NCBI GenBank assembly: GCA_963741955.1
Contig: CAVUKB010000005.1
Span: forward strand, 256,001-320,000
Length of the DNA: 64,000 nt
Origin: an uncultured Acidobacteriota bacterium
Lineage (GTDB): Bacteria; Acidobacteriota; Thermoanaerobaculia; Gp7-AA8
Direction: 5' to 3'
Part shown: in pieces, positions 44,355 to 54,190 of the stretch
Layout of the letters: every line of letters begins with the position of its first letter
Position numbering within the stretch: the first letter of the stretch is position 1
The notes under the pieces: generated by a model
Database searches by the model: none
What the model was told of the DNA's origin: nothing
The model's input: the letters and a program-made list of their open reading frames with translations, nothing else
Translations under genes and position numbers: made by a program

Positions 44355-45949
44355 GGTTCCCTCCTCAGCGAGATGGCATCGAGGAGAAGCGCGGCGGTTC
44401 CGTTCATCCGCGTGGCGCCGAGAATCCGGAACGTGAACAGAAGTGGCTCTCCCGCGGGAAACGAACCGGTGAACGTGACCGGTCGCGAGAAGCGGAACGG
44501 CATCTCGCCGATCGTCCCGCTCTCGAATGTGGTCCTCACGGCATCGGGTGCCGGAGAGGTTCCGTCGAAGACGGCAGCGGTGGAGAACGACGTCGCGTCG
44601 AGTATCACGCGCTGTGCCGGTGCCAACCGATTCTGCGCCAGAAGACGAACCAGCGCATCGAGCTCCGCCGCAGTAGGAGTCACAGATGCACCTGACACGC
44701 CGTTCGTGAGAAACGCCGGTACATCGGGCCGTGTGGAGAGCGTGGCGTCGATCTCTTTCCTCAATTCAGCGAGATGAACGGAACGGCTCCGAGCACGATC
44801 GAGATCGCCGAGGCCGGCGTCGTTGAGCGCCAGGAGGTACTGAACGACGTCGGCCTCGGGATAGGAGGCAGCGAGCGCTTCGAGCGTTTCCCGAGCGGTA
44901 CGGTAGTCGCCCGCTTCCATCTCCCGGAGGGCCCGCCGTACGGATGCTCCGGAGGAAGATCTCCCCTCCGCCATCTCTGCAGGCTGCTGACCCGACTGGA
45001 GCATCGTCCGATACTCACGGATCGCTTCGAGCGAGAAGGGATTCGCATCGAGAGCAGCGTTGAGCCGGCGTTCCCGTTCGGTCGCATCACGGGTCAGCCG
45101 GGCGAGTGCGGCGAGCGCGATCGCGTCGTCGGTCCGGCCGGCGAGAGCCGTTTCATACATCCGTTTCGCGCCGTCGACATTTCCTCGGGACTCGTACACC
45201 TGCGCGAGCTTCAACTGCGCGCGGTGAAGCAGTGAATTGTAGGCCGCCTCGTCGTCCGCAGTGGTCGAGTAGATCTCGAACGATTCACTCTGCGCGATCT
45301 TCGTCCGGATTTCATCGAACGCGCTCGATTGAAGCGATCGCACGATCTCCGACAGCAGGGACTCCGCTTCGTCCTCCCTCCGCAGATGCGTGAGCGCGAG
45401 GGCGAGAGTGTAGCGGTCGACGTCGAGGTCCAGGAGAGAGGACGGATTCGATTCCCGAGCCGCCGCACTCGCGATCGCGACGGCGTTCCGGGCAGCACTC
45501 GCCGCCTTCTTCCATTCCTCCATCGTTCCGAAAGCGCCGGCGACCACGTTCCAGTTCGTTCCGCGATCGGCTGCGTAGCGCGTCCCTTCTTCCAGGAGAT
45601 CGAAGGCCGCATCGCGGTTGCCGAGCTTCGCCTGCGCTAAACCGGCGTAGATGGTGGCGGTGGCGTAGAGAGAGACGTTCGAGTGGCGGCGCGCGACTTG
45701 CCGCTCCCTTTCCGCGATGCCGAGAACGATCCGCAGTTCTTTCCGGGCGGCTGCGATCTCGTTGCGCGTGGCCCGAGCCGAGGCGAGGTTCAGATGCGCC
45801 TGGAGCTGTGGAAGGAACCCCTGCTGTGACGCGGCGAGTTTCTCCATCCGTGCGATCTCGAAGTCCGTTGCGATGCGTGCGCTCTGTGCGCGAACCGCAA
45901 CCGGGATAAGGAGCGTTGCGAGAGCGAGAACCACGGTCGCGCGTTTCAT
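44351..45949 (-). CDS. Secreted TPR-like helical protein
   Basis: Signal peptide MKRATVVLALATLL; TPR-like helices; ATGA overlaps at both ends. Confidence 0.65.
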   Translation of the reverse strand: MKRATVVLALATLLIPVAVRAQSARIATDFEIARMEKLAASQQGFLPQLQAHLNLASARATRNEIAAARKELRIVLGIAERERQVARRHSNVSLYATATIYAGLAQAKLGNRDAAFDLLEEGTRYAADRGTNWNVVAGAFGTMEEWKKAASAARNAVAIASAAARESNPSSLLDLDVDRYTLALALTHLRREDEAESLLSEIVRSLQSSAFDEIRTKIAQSESFEIYSTTADDEAAYNSLLHRAQLKLAQVYESRGNVDGAKRMYETALAGRTDDAIALAALARLTRDATERERRLNAALDANPFSLEAIREYRTMLQSGQQPAEMAEGRSSSGASVRRALREMEAGDYRTARETLEALAASYPEADVVQYLLALNDAGLGDLDRARSRSVHLAELRKEIDATLSTRPDVPAFLTNGVSGASVTPTAAELDALVRLLAQNRLAPAQRVILDATSFSTAAVFDGTSPAPDAVRTTFESGTIGEMPFRFSRPVTFTGSFPAGEPLLFTFRILGATRMNGTAALLLDAISLRREP

Positions 45950-47079
45950 GGGGCGAAGTACCCTTTCCTCGACGCGTTGATACGGATACCGCGTCCGCGC
46001 GGACTCACCTCGATCGACCGCCACCCGGGAGGATTGCCGTGACTCTGGTACACCACTGTGTAGCGGGCGTTGATGTCGTCGACGACCGCGGCGAGCGAGT
46101 TGCCGATCGTGGCGCGCGATGCGCGCACCAGCAACCCTCCACTCTTTGCGGTCGCCTTCTCGAGAAAGGGTCCCGGGGATCCCAGGACGATCGCACTGAT
46201 GATCGATCTCGTTCCGCTGACCTTCCGGAGCGCTTCTTCTTCGGTCAGCTCGCTGTTCCTGTCTCGGCCGTCCGTGATCACGATCGTGTACGTGCGCTCC
46301 GCCGGGACGGATCCGGAAGCGGTTGCCGAGGCGACCGCGTCGCGGAGAGAGGTTCCTCCAGAGGGAGCGACCTCGTCACTCCGTTGCGCTGCTCGAGCGC
46401 CTTCGCCGATCGGGCGCGGAGGAGAGACGACGTGGTTGAAGAGGATGAGCGACGCCGAATCGCCGGGGCGAAGGCGGCGGAGGTTCGCGTCGATGGCGCG
46501 GAGCGCGGCATCGAGTCTCCCGTCCCCCATGCTGAGCGAGCGATCGACGACGAATGCGAAGTGCGCCACACCGCGATTCGGAAGGACGCTCCGGATCATT
46601 TGATCGATCCGGTTCTCGCGGAGGCGGAGATCGCCGGCGTGGACCACCCGGGAGGAAGTGATGCGAAGTGAAACTTCGACCAGATCGACGTCGAGGTGCG
46701 CGCCGGCGGTGAGCGCAGCAGTCCGGATCGTCGCGCTGCTCTTCTCACGATAGTGGTCGCTGAAGAGGGTCGCCGAGATGGTGCGGCTGGAGAGCTCGGA
46801 GCCGAAATCGAAGACGATGCGGTACGGCGGATGTCGGACCACTCCGGCGAGAACGCCATCGACGGAAAATTCGACCCGGTCGACGTTCTGCGCGTCGGTG
46901 GTGACCTCGATGGGCTGAGATCCGACCGCCTGCCCTCCTTCGAGCGGATGGACGAACGTCACGGTGGCGGCAGACGCTCCAGGAGCAGCGGAGAGAATCG
47001 CGATTGACGAGAGAATCGCGAACCACCGACCGGCGGCGGATCTCGGAACGAACGCGACGATTCCTGCGATCCGGGCCAT
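45946..47079 (-). CDS. Secreted Ig-like plus VWA domain protein
   Basis: 'VDRVEFSVDG' Ig-like region; MIDAS motif VVDRSLSM, GGTSLRDA, VITDGRD. Confidence 0.8.
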   Translation of the reverse strand: MARIAGIVAFVPRSAAGRWFAILSSIAILSAAPGASAATVTFVHPLEGGQAVGSQPIEVTTDAQNVDRVEFSVDGVLAGVVRHPPYRIVFDFGSELSSRTISATLFSDHYREKSSATIRTAALTAGAHLDVDLVEVSLRITSSRVVHAGDLRLRENRIDQMIRSVLPNRGVAHFAFVVDRSLSMGDGRLDAALRAIDANLRRLRPGDSASLILFNHVVSPPRPIGEGARAAQRSDEVAPSGGTSLRDAVASATASGSVPAERTYTIVITDGRDRNSELTEEEALRKVSGTRSIISAIVLGSPGPFLEKATAKSGGLLVRASRATIGNSLAAVVDDINARYTVVYQSHGNPPGWRSIEVSPRGRGIRINASRKGYFAP

Positions 47080-47208
47080 CGCCCTCGGAAACAGAGCCGC
47101 GTGCCGGTGCTATTTCGCGCGACGAGAAGTCTGCGCGGCAGGAACGTTCGTAGCGAGAAAGCGGAGTCGCGAGGTCGAAAACCGAGAGTTTCTCATCCGA
47201 GCGCCTGG

Positions 47209-47634
47209 TCAACGACTCTGAGCGTGGCGGTACGCTCGGACGAACCGGGCGGCGATCGACTGGGCGCATCGCTCCGCCCCCGCGTCCCACCGGCTCTGAT
47301 CCGTCGTCTTCCAGAGGAGGCGGTTCTTGTTCTGCTTCGTGCGCGTCAACACGTACGCTCTCGCGCCCGTGTCGTGCTGGAAGATGGGGAATGCGCGGAA
47401 CCGTAGAATGAATTCGGCGTCTTCCCTCTCCTCGACGAGTTTGATCTCGGGCGCTGCCACGGAGATCTCGTCGTCGATGAGCTTCTCGAGTGCCTTGTCA
47501 CCCGCATCGACGTACAGCAGCGTGAGCCCCTTCATCTCACGCGCTTTTCCCGTTTCGTCATAGACTCGTTCACGCGAGTACGCCGAGAGCGGGATCATTC
47601 CGAGAACAAGGACCAGAACAGCCAGGCGCTTCAT
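47209..47634 (-). CDS. Secreted hypothetical protein
   Basis: GGAGG RBS; signal peptide MKRLAVLVLVLG. Confidence 0.6.
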   Translation of the reverse strand: MKRLAVLVLVLGMIPLSAYSRERVYDETGKAREMKGLTLLYVDAGDKALEKLIDDEISVAAPEIKLVEEREDAEFILRFRAFPIFQHDTGARAYVLTRTKQNKNRLLWKTTDQSRWDAGAERCAQSIAARFVRAYRHAQSR

Positions 47635-47719
47635 GTTCGAACCTCCGATGCCGGACCCGTGGGCTCCTGGCTTCTCCCTTCAGTATTTCACACTCCGGAA
47701 TTACGCGTGAAGCACAACG

Positions 47720-48841
47720 TCAGGTCCACTCTTCCCGGCCGGTCTTCCCCTTCGCGGTGGTCCCGGGTCCGGGACCGGCAGCATCGGGACGGAGCTCGGT
47801 GAAGCGGGCGTGGTAATCGGCAACCGCAGAACTGAGAGCGTCGAACGTCGGCAGCCGCCGCGTCTTTCCACTCTGCAGCAAGCGGCAGTGCTCGCGGTAC
47901 GCCTCTCCGCGCTCGTGGGCCTCGGCGAGCCGCCTGCCGAAAGCGACGTCCTCCTCTCCCCTCTTCTCGACCGCCGCGGCGAGATCCCTCACCCCTTCGA
48001 CGTACGCGCAGTAGAGCACCACGTCGTTTCCGGCAGCGATCGCCTGGGTGGCGATCTTCGGGTAGGGTCCCAGGTCCGCGACGGCGTGCATTTCCATGTC
48101 GTCGGAGACGGCGATTCCTTCAAAGCCGATCTCTCGGCGAAGAATGTCAGTGCTGATCTTTCGGCTCAAAGTCGCAGGGATCCTGTCGTCGATGCCGAGG
48201 TATGATTGGTGCCCGATCATCACGGCACCGGCCCGCTTTGCGAGAGCGCGGTAGGGGGCCAGGTCTTCAGCAATTCCGGCGAGATCCTCGTCGATGATCG
48301 TCTCGTTGTGGTGCGGGTCGGCTGCACCCGGCCCGAGGCCCGGGTAATGCTTGAGGCACGAGGCGACTCCGGCGCTCTCCTGGCCTCGCATGAATGCACC
48401 CGCGAGCTCGATCACTTCCGCCGCGCTTTTCCCGAAGCAGCGTCGCAGGAGCGACTTCGAAGGCTCGGCGCGCTCCACGTCGACCACCGGAGCGAGGTTC
48501 ACGTCGATCCCGAAGTAATCGAGTGCCTCTCCGACCAGCCTTCCCGCCTCTTCTGCGAGATCCGCTCCGTTCTCCCCGTTGCGGTAATCCTCTGCCGCAG
48601 GGATCCCGGGGATCAGATCCCGAAGACGATCGACCCGGCCTCCCTCCTCATCGATCATGATCAGAGGCGAAGGATCGCAACCATTCTTGATCTCGCCGAC
48701 CAGTTTCCGGAGCTGCTCGGGCGTCCCGACGTTGCGTGCGAAGAGTACGACCGCGTAGGGCCGTACGTCGGAGAGGAGCGAGCGCTCGAGCGCGCTCAGC
48801 TCCGTACCGGCGATTCCGATGCCGAGAACCTGATGTTTCAC
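47720..48841 (-). CDS. nagZ: Beta-N-acetylhexosaminidase (GH3)
   Basis: IDEEGGRVDR, APVVDV, KHYPGLG...DPH, SDDMEM. Confidence 0.85.
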   Translation of the reverse strand: MKHQVLGIGIAGTELSALERSLLSDVRPYAVVLFARNVGTPEQLRKLVGEIKNGCDPSPLIMIDEEGGRVDRLRDLIPGIPAAEDYRNGENGADLAEEAGRLVGEALDYFGIDVNLAPVVDVERAEPSKSLLRRCFGKSAAEVIELAGAFMRGQESAGVASCLKHYPGLGPGAADPHHNETIIDEDLAGIAEDLAPYRALAKRAGAVMIGHQSYLGIDDRIPATLSRKISTDILRREIGFEGIAVSDDMEMHAVADLGPYPKIATQAIAAGNDVVLYCAYVEGVRDLAAAVEKRGEEDVAFGRRLAEAHERGEAYREHCRLLQSGKTRRLPTFDALSSAVADYHARFTELRPDAAGPGPGTTAKGKTGREEWT

Positions 48842-48845
48842 TGCG

Positions 48846-51437
48846 TCACCTCTCGAGTCGTTGTTTGAGCTCCTGGAGCAGCGTGAGGGCCTGGAGCGGC
48901 GTCATCGTTTCGATCTCCATCCCACGGATCTCGCGCGCCACGTCGTGCTCGCGCGACTCGAAAAGCGAGAGCTGTGCGGCAGCGGGCGTTCCGGACGGGC
49001 GGTGGTGCCGCGTCTCTTCAACCACGTCTCGCTCTTTCCGCTCCAGGGTGTCGAGAATCTCCCGCGCCCGTACGACCACTTCCTTCGGGATTCCGGCGAG
49101 CTTCGCGACCTGGATGCCGTAACTCTTGTCTGCCGCCCCGTCGATCACTTTCCTCAGGAAGATGATCTGGTCGTTCCACTCTTTCACCGACACGCTGAGG
49201 TTCGCAACCCGTGCCTTCGTCTTCGCGAGATCGGTCACCTCGTGGTAGTGGGTGGCAAAGAGAGTGATCGCGCTCCGCTCGTCGTGGTCGTGGAGGTATT
49301 CGATGATCGCCCAGGCGAGCGAGAGGCCGTCGAATGTTGCCGTGCCGCGTCCCACTTCGTCGAGGATGATCAGCGAGCTCGCGGTGGCGTTGTTCAGGAT
49401 GTTCGCCGTCTCGTGCATCTCGACCATGAATGTCGACTCGCCGCGTGCGAGATTGTCCGAGGCACCGACGCGGGTGAAGATCCGGTCGAAGACGCCGAGA
49501 CGCGCCGATCTCGCCGGGACGAAACTTCCGATCTGGTTGAGGAGGACGATCAGCGCGACCTGACGGAGGTAAGTCGACTTGCCGCCCATGTTCGGTCCGG
49601 TGATGATCTGGATCCCGTTCTCCTCGCGCACGATGCGTGTATCGTTCGGGATGAAGCGCTGCACCAGGGTCTCGATCACCGGATGACGGCCGTCCTCGAT
49701 GGTGACCTCATGCGCGTCACTCAGTTCCGGACGGACGAAGCGGTTGCGGATCCCGACCACCGCGAGCGAAGCGAGACAGTCGATCTCCGCCGTCGCTCGG
49801 GCCGTGGCGAGGATCTCTCCTCCCTCGAGGCTGATCCTCCCCAGCAGATCTTCATACAGACGGCACTCGATCTGGTTCGCCTTCTCCTCGGCGCCGACGA
49901 TCTTCTCCTCCAGTTCCTTCAGCTCGGGGGTGATGAAGCGCTCCGCATTGACCAGCGTCTGCTTGCGGATGTACTCCGCGGGAACTTTCGAGAGATTCGC
50001 CTTCGACACTTCGATGTAGTAGCCGAAGACGCTGTTGAATCGGATCTTCAGCGAAGGGATGCCGGTCCGCGTCCGCTCGTCCGCTTCGATGCGGAGAAGG
50101 ATCGACTTCGAGTCGTGCGCGATGGCGCGGAGCTGGTCGAGCTCCTCGTCGATACCTTTCCGGATCACTCCACCATCTCGCGGGGTGACGGAGGGCTCGT
50201 CGTCGAGCGTCGCGTCGATATCCGCAGAGCACGCTGCGACCGGGTCGAGACGGTCGTGGATCGATCTGAGTAGCGGGCCGGCGAACGATCCACTCTCCTT
50301 CCGAAGATCGGCGATGGCGCGGAGCGACGATGCGAGCGTGAGGCACTCGCGAGGCGAGGCGGTGCGAAGGGTCACCCGGGAGGTGAGCCGCTCGAGATCG
50401 GCGATGGAACCGAGAATCGACGTCACGAGGTCGAGCGCGGAACGGTTGCGCGTCAGCTCGTCGACCGCGTCGTGGCGGGCGAAGATCGCGTCGCGCTCAC
50501 GGAGCGGACGGCCGATCCAGGTGCGAAGCGCGCGGCCGCCCATCCCGGTCCTGGTGAGGTTGACGATGTCCCAGAGAGTCGCCTTCGCACCGCCCTCGCG
50601 CGATTCGAAGATCTCCAGGTTCTGCATCGTCGATCCATCGACGAGCATGTAAGGGGCGCTGTTGTCCACCCGGATGGCCCGGATGTGGAGGAGATCCTTT
50701 TTGTGGTTGACCGCGGCGTAGCGGAGCGCGGCTCCCGCGGCGGCGACGCGCTCGTCCGCCCGCTCGAGACCGAACCCGCGCAGCGAGTCGGTGCCGAAGT
50801 GACGCGTCAGATAGTCGTGCGAATGCCCGGGATCGAAGGACGACTCCTCGACCGGGGTCATCGCGAGTCCACGCGTGGCCAGCGATCCGGCCAGGCCATT
50901 GAGTCCCGTCTTCGGGTAGATCGCCTCCTTCGGCGCGAATCGGACCACGTCGTCGATCAGAGCGGGGTCGTTCTCCCCTTCGTACGAAGTGACCACGAGC
51001 TCGCCGGTGGAGACGTCGAGCCATGCGGCTCCGAGGCTTTTCTCCCCCGGTGCGAGCCCGAGAAGGTAGTTGCTCTCGCGGTCGAGAATGGAGCCGTCGA
51101 TCGCCGTCCCGGGAGTGACGATGCGGACGATCTCGCGCTGGACGAGCCCTTTGGCCGCCTTAGGATCTTCGACCTGGTCGCAGATCGCGACGCGGAAGCC
51201 GCGGCGGATCAGCCGCGCGATGTGCTGTTCCGCGGCGTGGTACGGCACCCCGCACATCGGCGCTTCATTCTCCCCTCCCTTTCCGCGGGCGGTGAGAACG
51301 AGGTCGAGGATCGGAGCGGCGGTCTCGGCGTCCTCGAAGAACATCTCGTAGAAGTCTCCGAGGCGGTAGAAGAGGATGGCGTCGGGAACCTGCCTCTTGA
51401 TCTCGAAGTACTGCTCGAGCATCGGGGTGAGTTTCAT
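48846..51437 (-). CDS. mutS: DNA mismatch repair protein MutS
   Basis: TPMLEQY, GDFYEMF, TGPNMGGKSTY, STFMVEM, DEVGRGT, ATHYHE. Alternative start at 51497. Confidence 0.97.
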   Translation of the reverse strand: MKLTPMLEQYFEIKRQVPDAILFYRLGDFYEMFFEDAETAAPILDLVLTARGKGGENEAPMCGVPYHAAEQHIARLIRRGFRVAICDQVEDPKAAKGLVQREIVRIVTPGTAIDGSILDRESNYLLGLAPGEKSLGAAWLDVSTGELVVTSYEGENDPALIDDVVRFAPKEAIYPKTGLNGLAGSLATRGLAMTPVEESSFDPGHSHDYLTRHFGTDSLRGFGLERADERVAAAGAALRYAAVNHKKDLLHIRAIRVDNSAPYMLVDGSTMQNLEIFESREGGAKATLWDIVNLTRTGMGGRALRTWIGRPLRERDAIFARHDAVDELTRNRSALDLVTSILGSIADLERLTSRVTLRTASPRECLTLASSLRAIADLRKESGSFAGPLLRSIHDRLDPVAACSADIDATLDDEPSVTPRDGGVIRKGIDEELDQLRAIAHDSKSILLRIEADERTRTGIPSLKIRFNSVFGYYIEVSKANLSKVPAEYIRKQTLVNAERFITPELKELEEKIVGAEEKANQIECRLYEDLLGRISLEGGEILATARATAEIDCLASLAVVGIRNRFVRPELSDAHEVTIEDGRHPVIETLVQRFIPNDTRIVREENGIQIITGPNMGGKSTYLRQVALIVLLNQIGSFVPARSARLGVFDRIFTRVGASDNLARGESTFMVEMHETANILNNATASSLIILDEVGRGTATFDGLSLAWAIIEYLHDHDERSAITLFATHYHEVTDLAKTKARVANLSVSVKEWNDQIIFLRKVIDGAADKSYGIQVAKLAGIPKEVVVRAREILDTLERKERDVVEETRHHRPSGTPAAAQLSLFESREHDVAREIRGMEIETMTPLQALTLLQELKQRLER

Positions 51438-51528
51438 CGGAGGTAGTTTAGTGATTCGGACTTCGCTTGTCTTTCGCTCGGTGCCGGTTCCGGCCATAGC
51501 CGCGGAGCGGACCGCGGGACGGATCGCT

Positions 51529-51915
51529 TCAAGGGACGGAGGGGACGGCGGCTGAATCGGGGCTGACCCCGGCCGGGCGACGGATGTCGAGCTTCGCACC
51601 GCTCTGCCCGTCGAGCTCGACGACCACCGCTCTCCGGAGCGCACTTCGCTCAGGTATGTCACAGAGGATCACCCAGCGTCCGTTCGGATCTCCCGGGCCG
51701 CGGTCGTACGCGGAGTGGACCACGTCGAAGCGCGCAAACGCCGCCGGATCGGTCGCGCGCAGCACAGACAGCGAGTGGACCCGCGCGACCTCGTCGCGCA
51801 GATGATCGGAAGGACGGGCCGGATCGCCCGTTCCCTGGAGGAGAACGAAGAGCGCCGCACAGACGACGATCCATGCGGGATAGACGATCCAGTAGTGACG
51901 GCGGACGAAGCTCAC
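51529..51915 (-). CDS. Hypothetical membrane-anchored protein
   Basis: GTG start (SFVRRHYWIVYPAWIVVCAALFVLL), one TM helix; C-terminal part of listed ORF 51529-53778. Confidence 0.5.
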   Translation of the reverse strand: MSFVRRHYWIVYPAWIVVCAALFVLLQGTGDPARPSDHLRDEVARVHSLSVLRATDPAAFARFDVVHSAYDRGPGDPNGRWVILCDIPERSALRRAVVVELDGQSGAKLDIRRPAGVSPDSAAVPSVP

Positions 51916-52032
51916 GATCTGTCGAATCGGAAAACGGACCCGAAAATTGCATTCCGCCGCCGCTCGAGCAGCGGAGGCTCCCGATCCGAACCACCGGCCC
52001 GGTTCGCGGGAGGCGGCCCTATAATAGTTGCA

Positions 52033-52293
52033 ATGAGTCAGAATCGAGAGATGACGCGGGCGGACATCGAAGAGAAGCTCCTCACCATCATCCGGAACGA
52101 GAAGACCCTCCCTCCGGGGCAGCTCGACCCTGACCGGCCACTCTCGGAGGTCGGAGTCGATTCGCTCGACGCGCTGAATATTCTTTTCGCGATCGAGGAG
52201 ACCTTCGGAATCTCCGTGCCGGACGATCAGGCGCGCAAGATCCGTACGCTGAACGACATGGTGCGAACCGTCGAACAGCTCCGGGCAGCGTGA
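52033..52293 (+). CDS. Acyl carrier protein
   Basis: GVDSLD phosphopantetheine site, IEETFGISVPD. Start at 52033 or 52051. Confidence 0.9.
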   Translation: MSQNREMTRADIEEKLLTIIRNEKTLPPGQLDPDRPLSEVGVDSLDALNILFAIEETFGISVPDDQARKIRTLNDMVRTVEQLRAA

Positions 52294-52296
52294 CCG

Positions 52297-53511
52297 ATGG
52301 ACGACCGCATCGCGATCACCGGAATGGGGATCGTCTCCCCTCTCGGTGTCGGCCGTGAACGGACGCTCGAAGCGGTCCGAAATGCGAGCCCCGGCATCCG
52401 CGCTCTCTCGAACTTCGACGCTTCCTCCCTCTCCTGCCGGATCGGCGGCGAGATTCCCGACGCGTGGCTGGATGGCTCGGATCTCGACCACGACCGCTTC
52501 ACGACGCTCGCTCTGATCGCGGCCGCGGAAGCCTGCGCGACGTTGCCGGAGGAATCGGATTCCCGGCGGACAGGGGTGCTGATCGCTTCGGGGCTCGGCG
52601 GAGGCGAAACGCTCGACATCGGATATCAGCGGCTCTACGGCAGGAACCAGGCAAGGGTTCACCCGATGACCATTCCGCGGGCGATGTACAACGCAGCGAC
52701 GAGCGCGGTAGCGCGGGTTCATCAGGCGAAGGGGCCGGCATTCAGCATCGTCTCCGCATGCGCTTCCGGGACTCACGCAATCGGCCAGGCCGCGCTCTGG
52801 ATCAAGGCGGGACTCGCAGGGAGAGTGATCGCCGGAGCGGCGGACGCCCCTCTGCATACCGGGACCATCCGGGCGTGGGAGAGCCTCCGGGTTCTCGCCC
52901 CCTCGGACGGCGACCCCGGCCGCGCGTGTCGTCCCTTCAGTGCCGACCGCTGCGGAATCGTGCTGGGAGAAGGCGCAGCGGTGGTGGTGCTCGAGCGGAT
53001 GGAGTTGGCGAAAGCACGAGGGGCCGAGATTTTCGGGGAGATCGCCGGATTCGGGATGAGCAGCGATGCGGGTCACGTGACCGACCCGTCGGTCGACGGA
53101 GCGGCGAGAGCGATGGAAATGGCGATGGAAAGCGGGCGCCTCGCTCCGGACGCAATCGGCTACGTGAACGCCCACGGGACCGCGACCCGGGCAAACGACC
53201 CCGCCGAGACCGCTGCGATCCGGCAAGTCTTCGGTGCGACAGCCGAGCGGCTGCAGGTGAGCTCGACCAAGTCGATGCACGCTCACGCCATGGGGGCGAG
53301 CGGCGCGATCGAACTGGTGCTCTCGCTCACCGCGCTGAACGAAGGGGTGATTCCAGCGACCATCAACTATACGGTCCCCGATCCGGAGTGCGACCTCGAC
53401 TACGTTCCGAATGCCGCGCGTGAAGGACGGGTCGACGCGTTCCTGTCGAACTCCTTCGGCTTCGGCGGTTTGAACGGCGTGCTCGCGGTCCGGACGAAAC
53501 ACGGTTTGTGA
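52297..53511 (+). CDS. fabF: Beta-ketoacyl-ACP synthase II family
   Basis: SACASG (Cys), NAHGTAT, KSMHAHAMG, SNSFGFGG. Confidence 0.85.
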   Translation: MDDRIAITGMGIVSPLGVGRERTLEAVRNASPGIRALSNFDASSLSCRIGGEIPDAWLDGSDLDHDRFTTLALIAAAEACATLPEESDSRRTGVLIASGLGGGETLDIGYQRLYGRNQARVHPMTIPRAMYNAATSAVARVHQAKGPAFSIVSACASGTHAIGQAALWIKAGLAGRVIAGAADAPLHTGTIRAWESLRVLAPSDGDPGRACRPFSADRCGIVLGEGAAVVVLERMELAKARGAEIFGEIAGFGMSSDAGHVTDPSVDGAARAMEMAMESGRLAPDAIGYVNAHGTATRANDPAETAAIRQVFGATAERLQVSSTKSMHAHAMGASGAIELVLSLTALNEGVIPATINYTVPDPECDLDYVPNAAREGRVDAFLSNSFGFGGLNGVLAVRTKHGL

Positions 53512-53686
53512 GAGTCGTACGATCTCGAACGGTCGTCTCTCCGGTACGTTCGGGGGGGACCTTCCGCTCTCGCGCTCGTCGTATCTCACTCTGCCGGAAG
53601 CATTTCGTGTCGTACGGCTTCTGCGTTTCCGTGCACCCCGCGAGAGCGGCGGCGCCGGACCGCGCCACTCCTCTTCCGGTCCGGCG

Positions 53687-53702
53687 CGGCACCGGTCTTG
53701 CT
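53687..53702 (+). promoter_or_regulatory. Putative sigma54 promoter for the STAS gene
   Basis: CGGCACCGGTCTTGCT (GG-N10-GC), preceded by the inverted repeat GCGCCGGACCG...CGGTCCGGCGC (53652-53687). Confidence 0.55.
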
Positions 53703-53777
53703 TCAGTCTGGCGTGAACGAATCCGGCGACCCGGGTCGAAATCCGGTCTCGGTTCACCGCCGTCAGGGAGGCTCTCA

Positions 53778-54134
53778 TTGATCGTAGAAAAGAAGCACCA
53801 CGATTCCTTCACGATTCTCTACGTGGAAGGACTGATCAAGCTCGGTGAGAGCGCGGAATTCTTCTCCTCCGCCCTGGAGAACGTGCTGAAGAACGAGAGC
53901 ACGAACGTGATCGTCGATTTCACCAAGATCGACTACATCGATTCGACGGGGATTGGTGAGCTGGTCGGGTACCTCGGAAAATTCACCTCACAGAACCGCA
54001 AGCTGATTCTGGTGAACCCATCGGAGCGGATCCAGAAGCTCCTCAAGCTCGCCAAGCTCGACTCGGTGTTCAAGATCTACGCGACGGAAGAAGAGGCGAT
54101 GTCGGCCGAAGCGTCGACGAGCGCCAACGCGTGA
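53778..54134 (+). CDS. STAS-domain anti-sigma-factor antagonist
   Basis: GGAGG RBS, TTG start; 'IDYIDSTGIGELV' phosphoserine motif. Confidence 0.85.
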   Translation: MIVEKKHHDSFTILYVEGLIKLGESAEFFSSALENVLKNESTNVIVDFTKIDYIDSTGIGELVGYLGKFTSQNRKLILVNPSERIQKLLKLAKLDSVFKIYATEEEAMSAEASTSANA

Positions 54135-54190
54135 ACCGTCCCGGCACTTTTTCACCCGCGGGCGGCCCGATCTGATTTAGAGTTGGTTGG

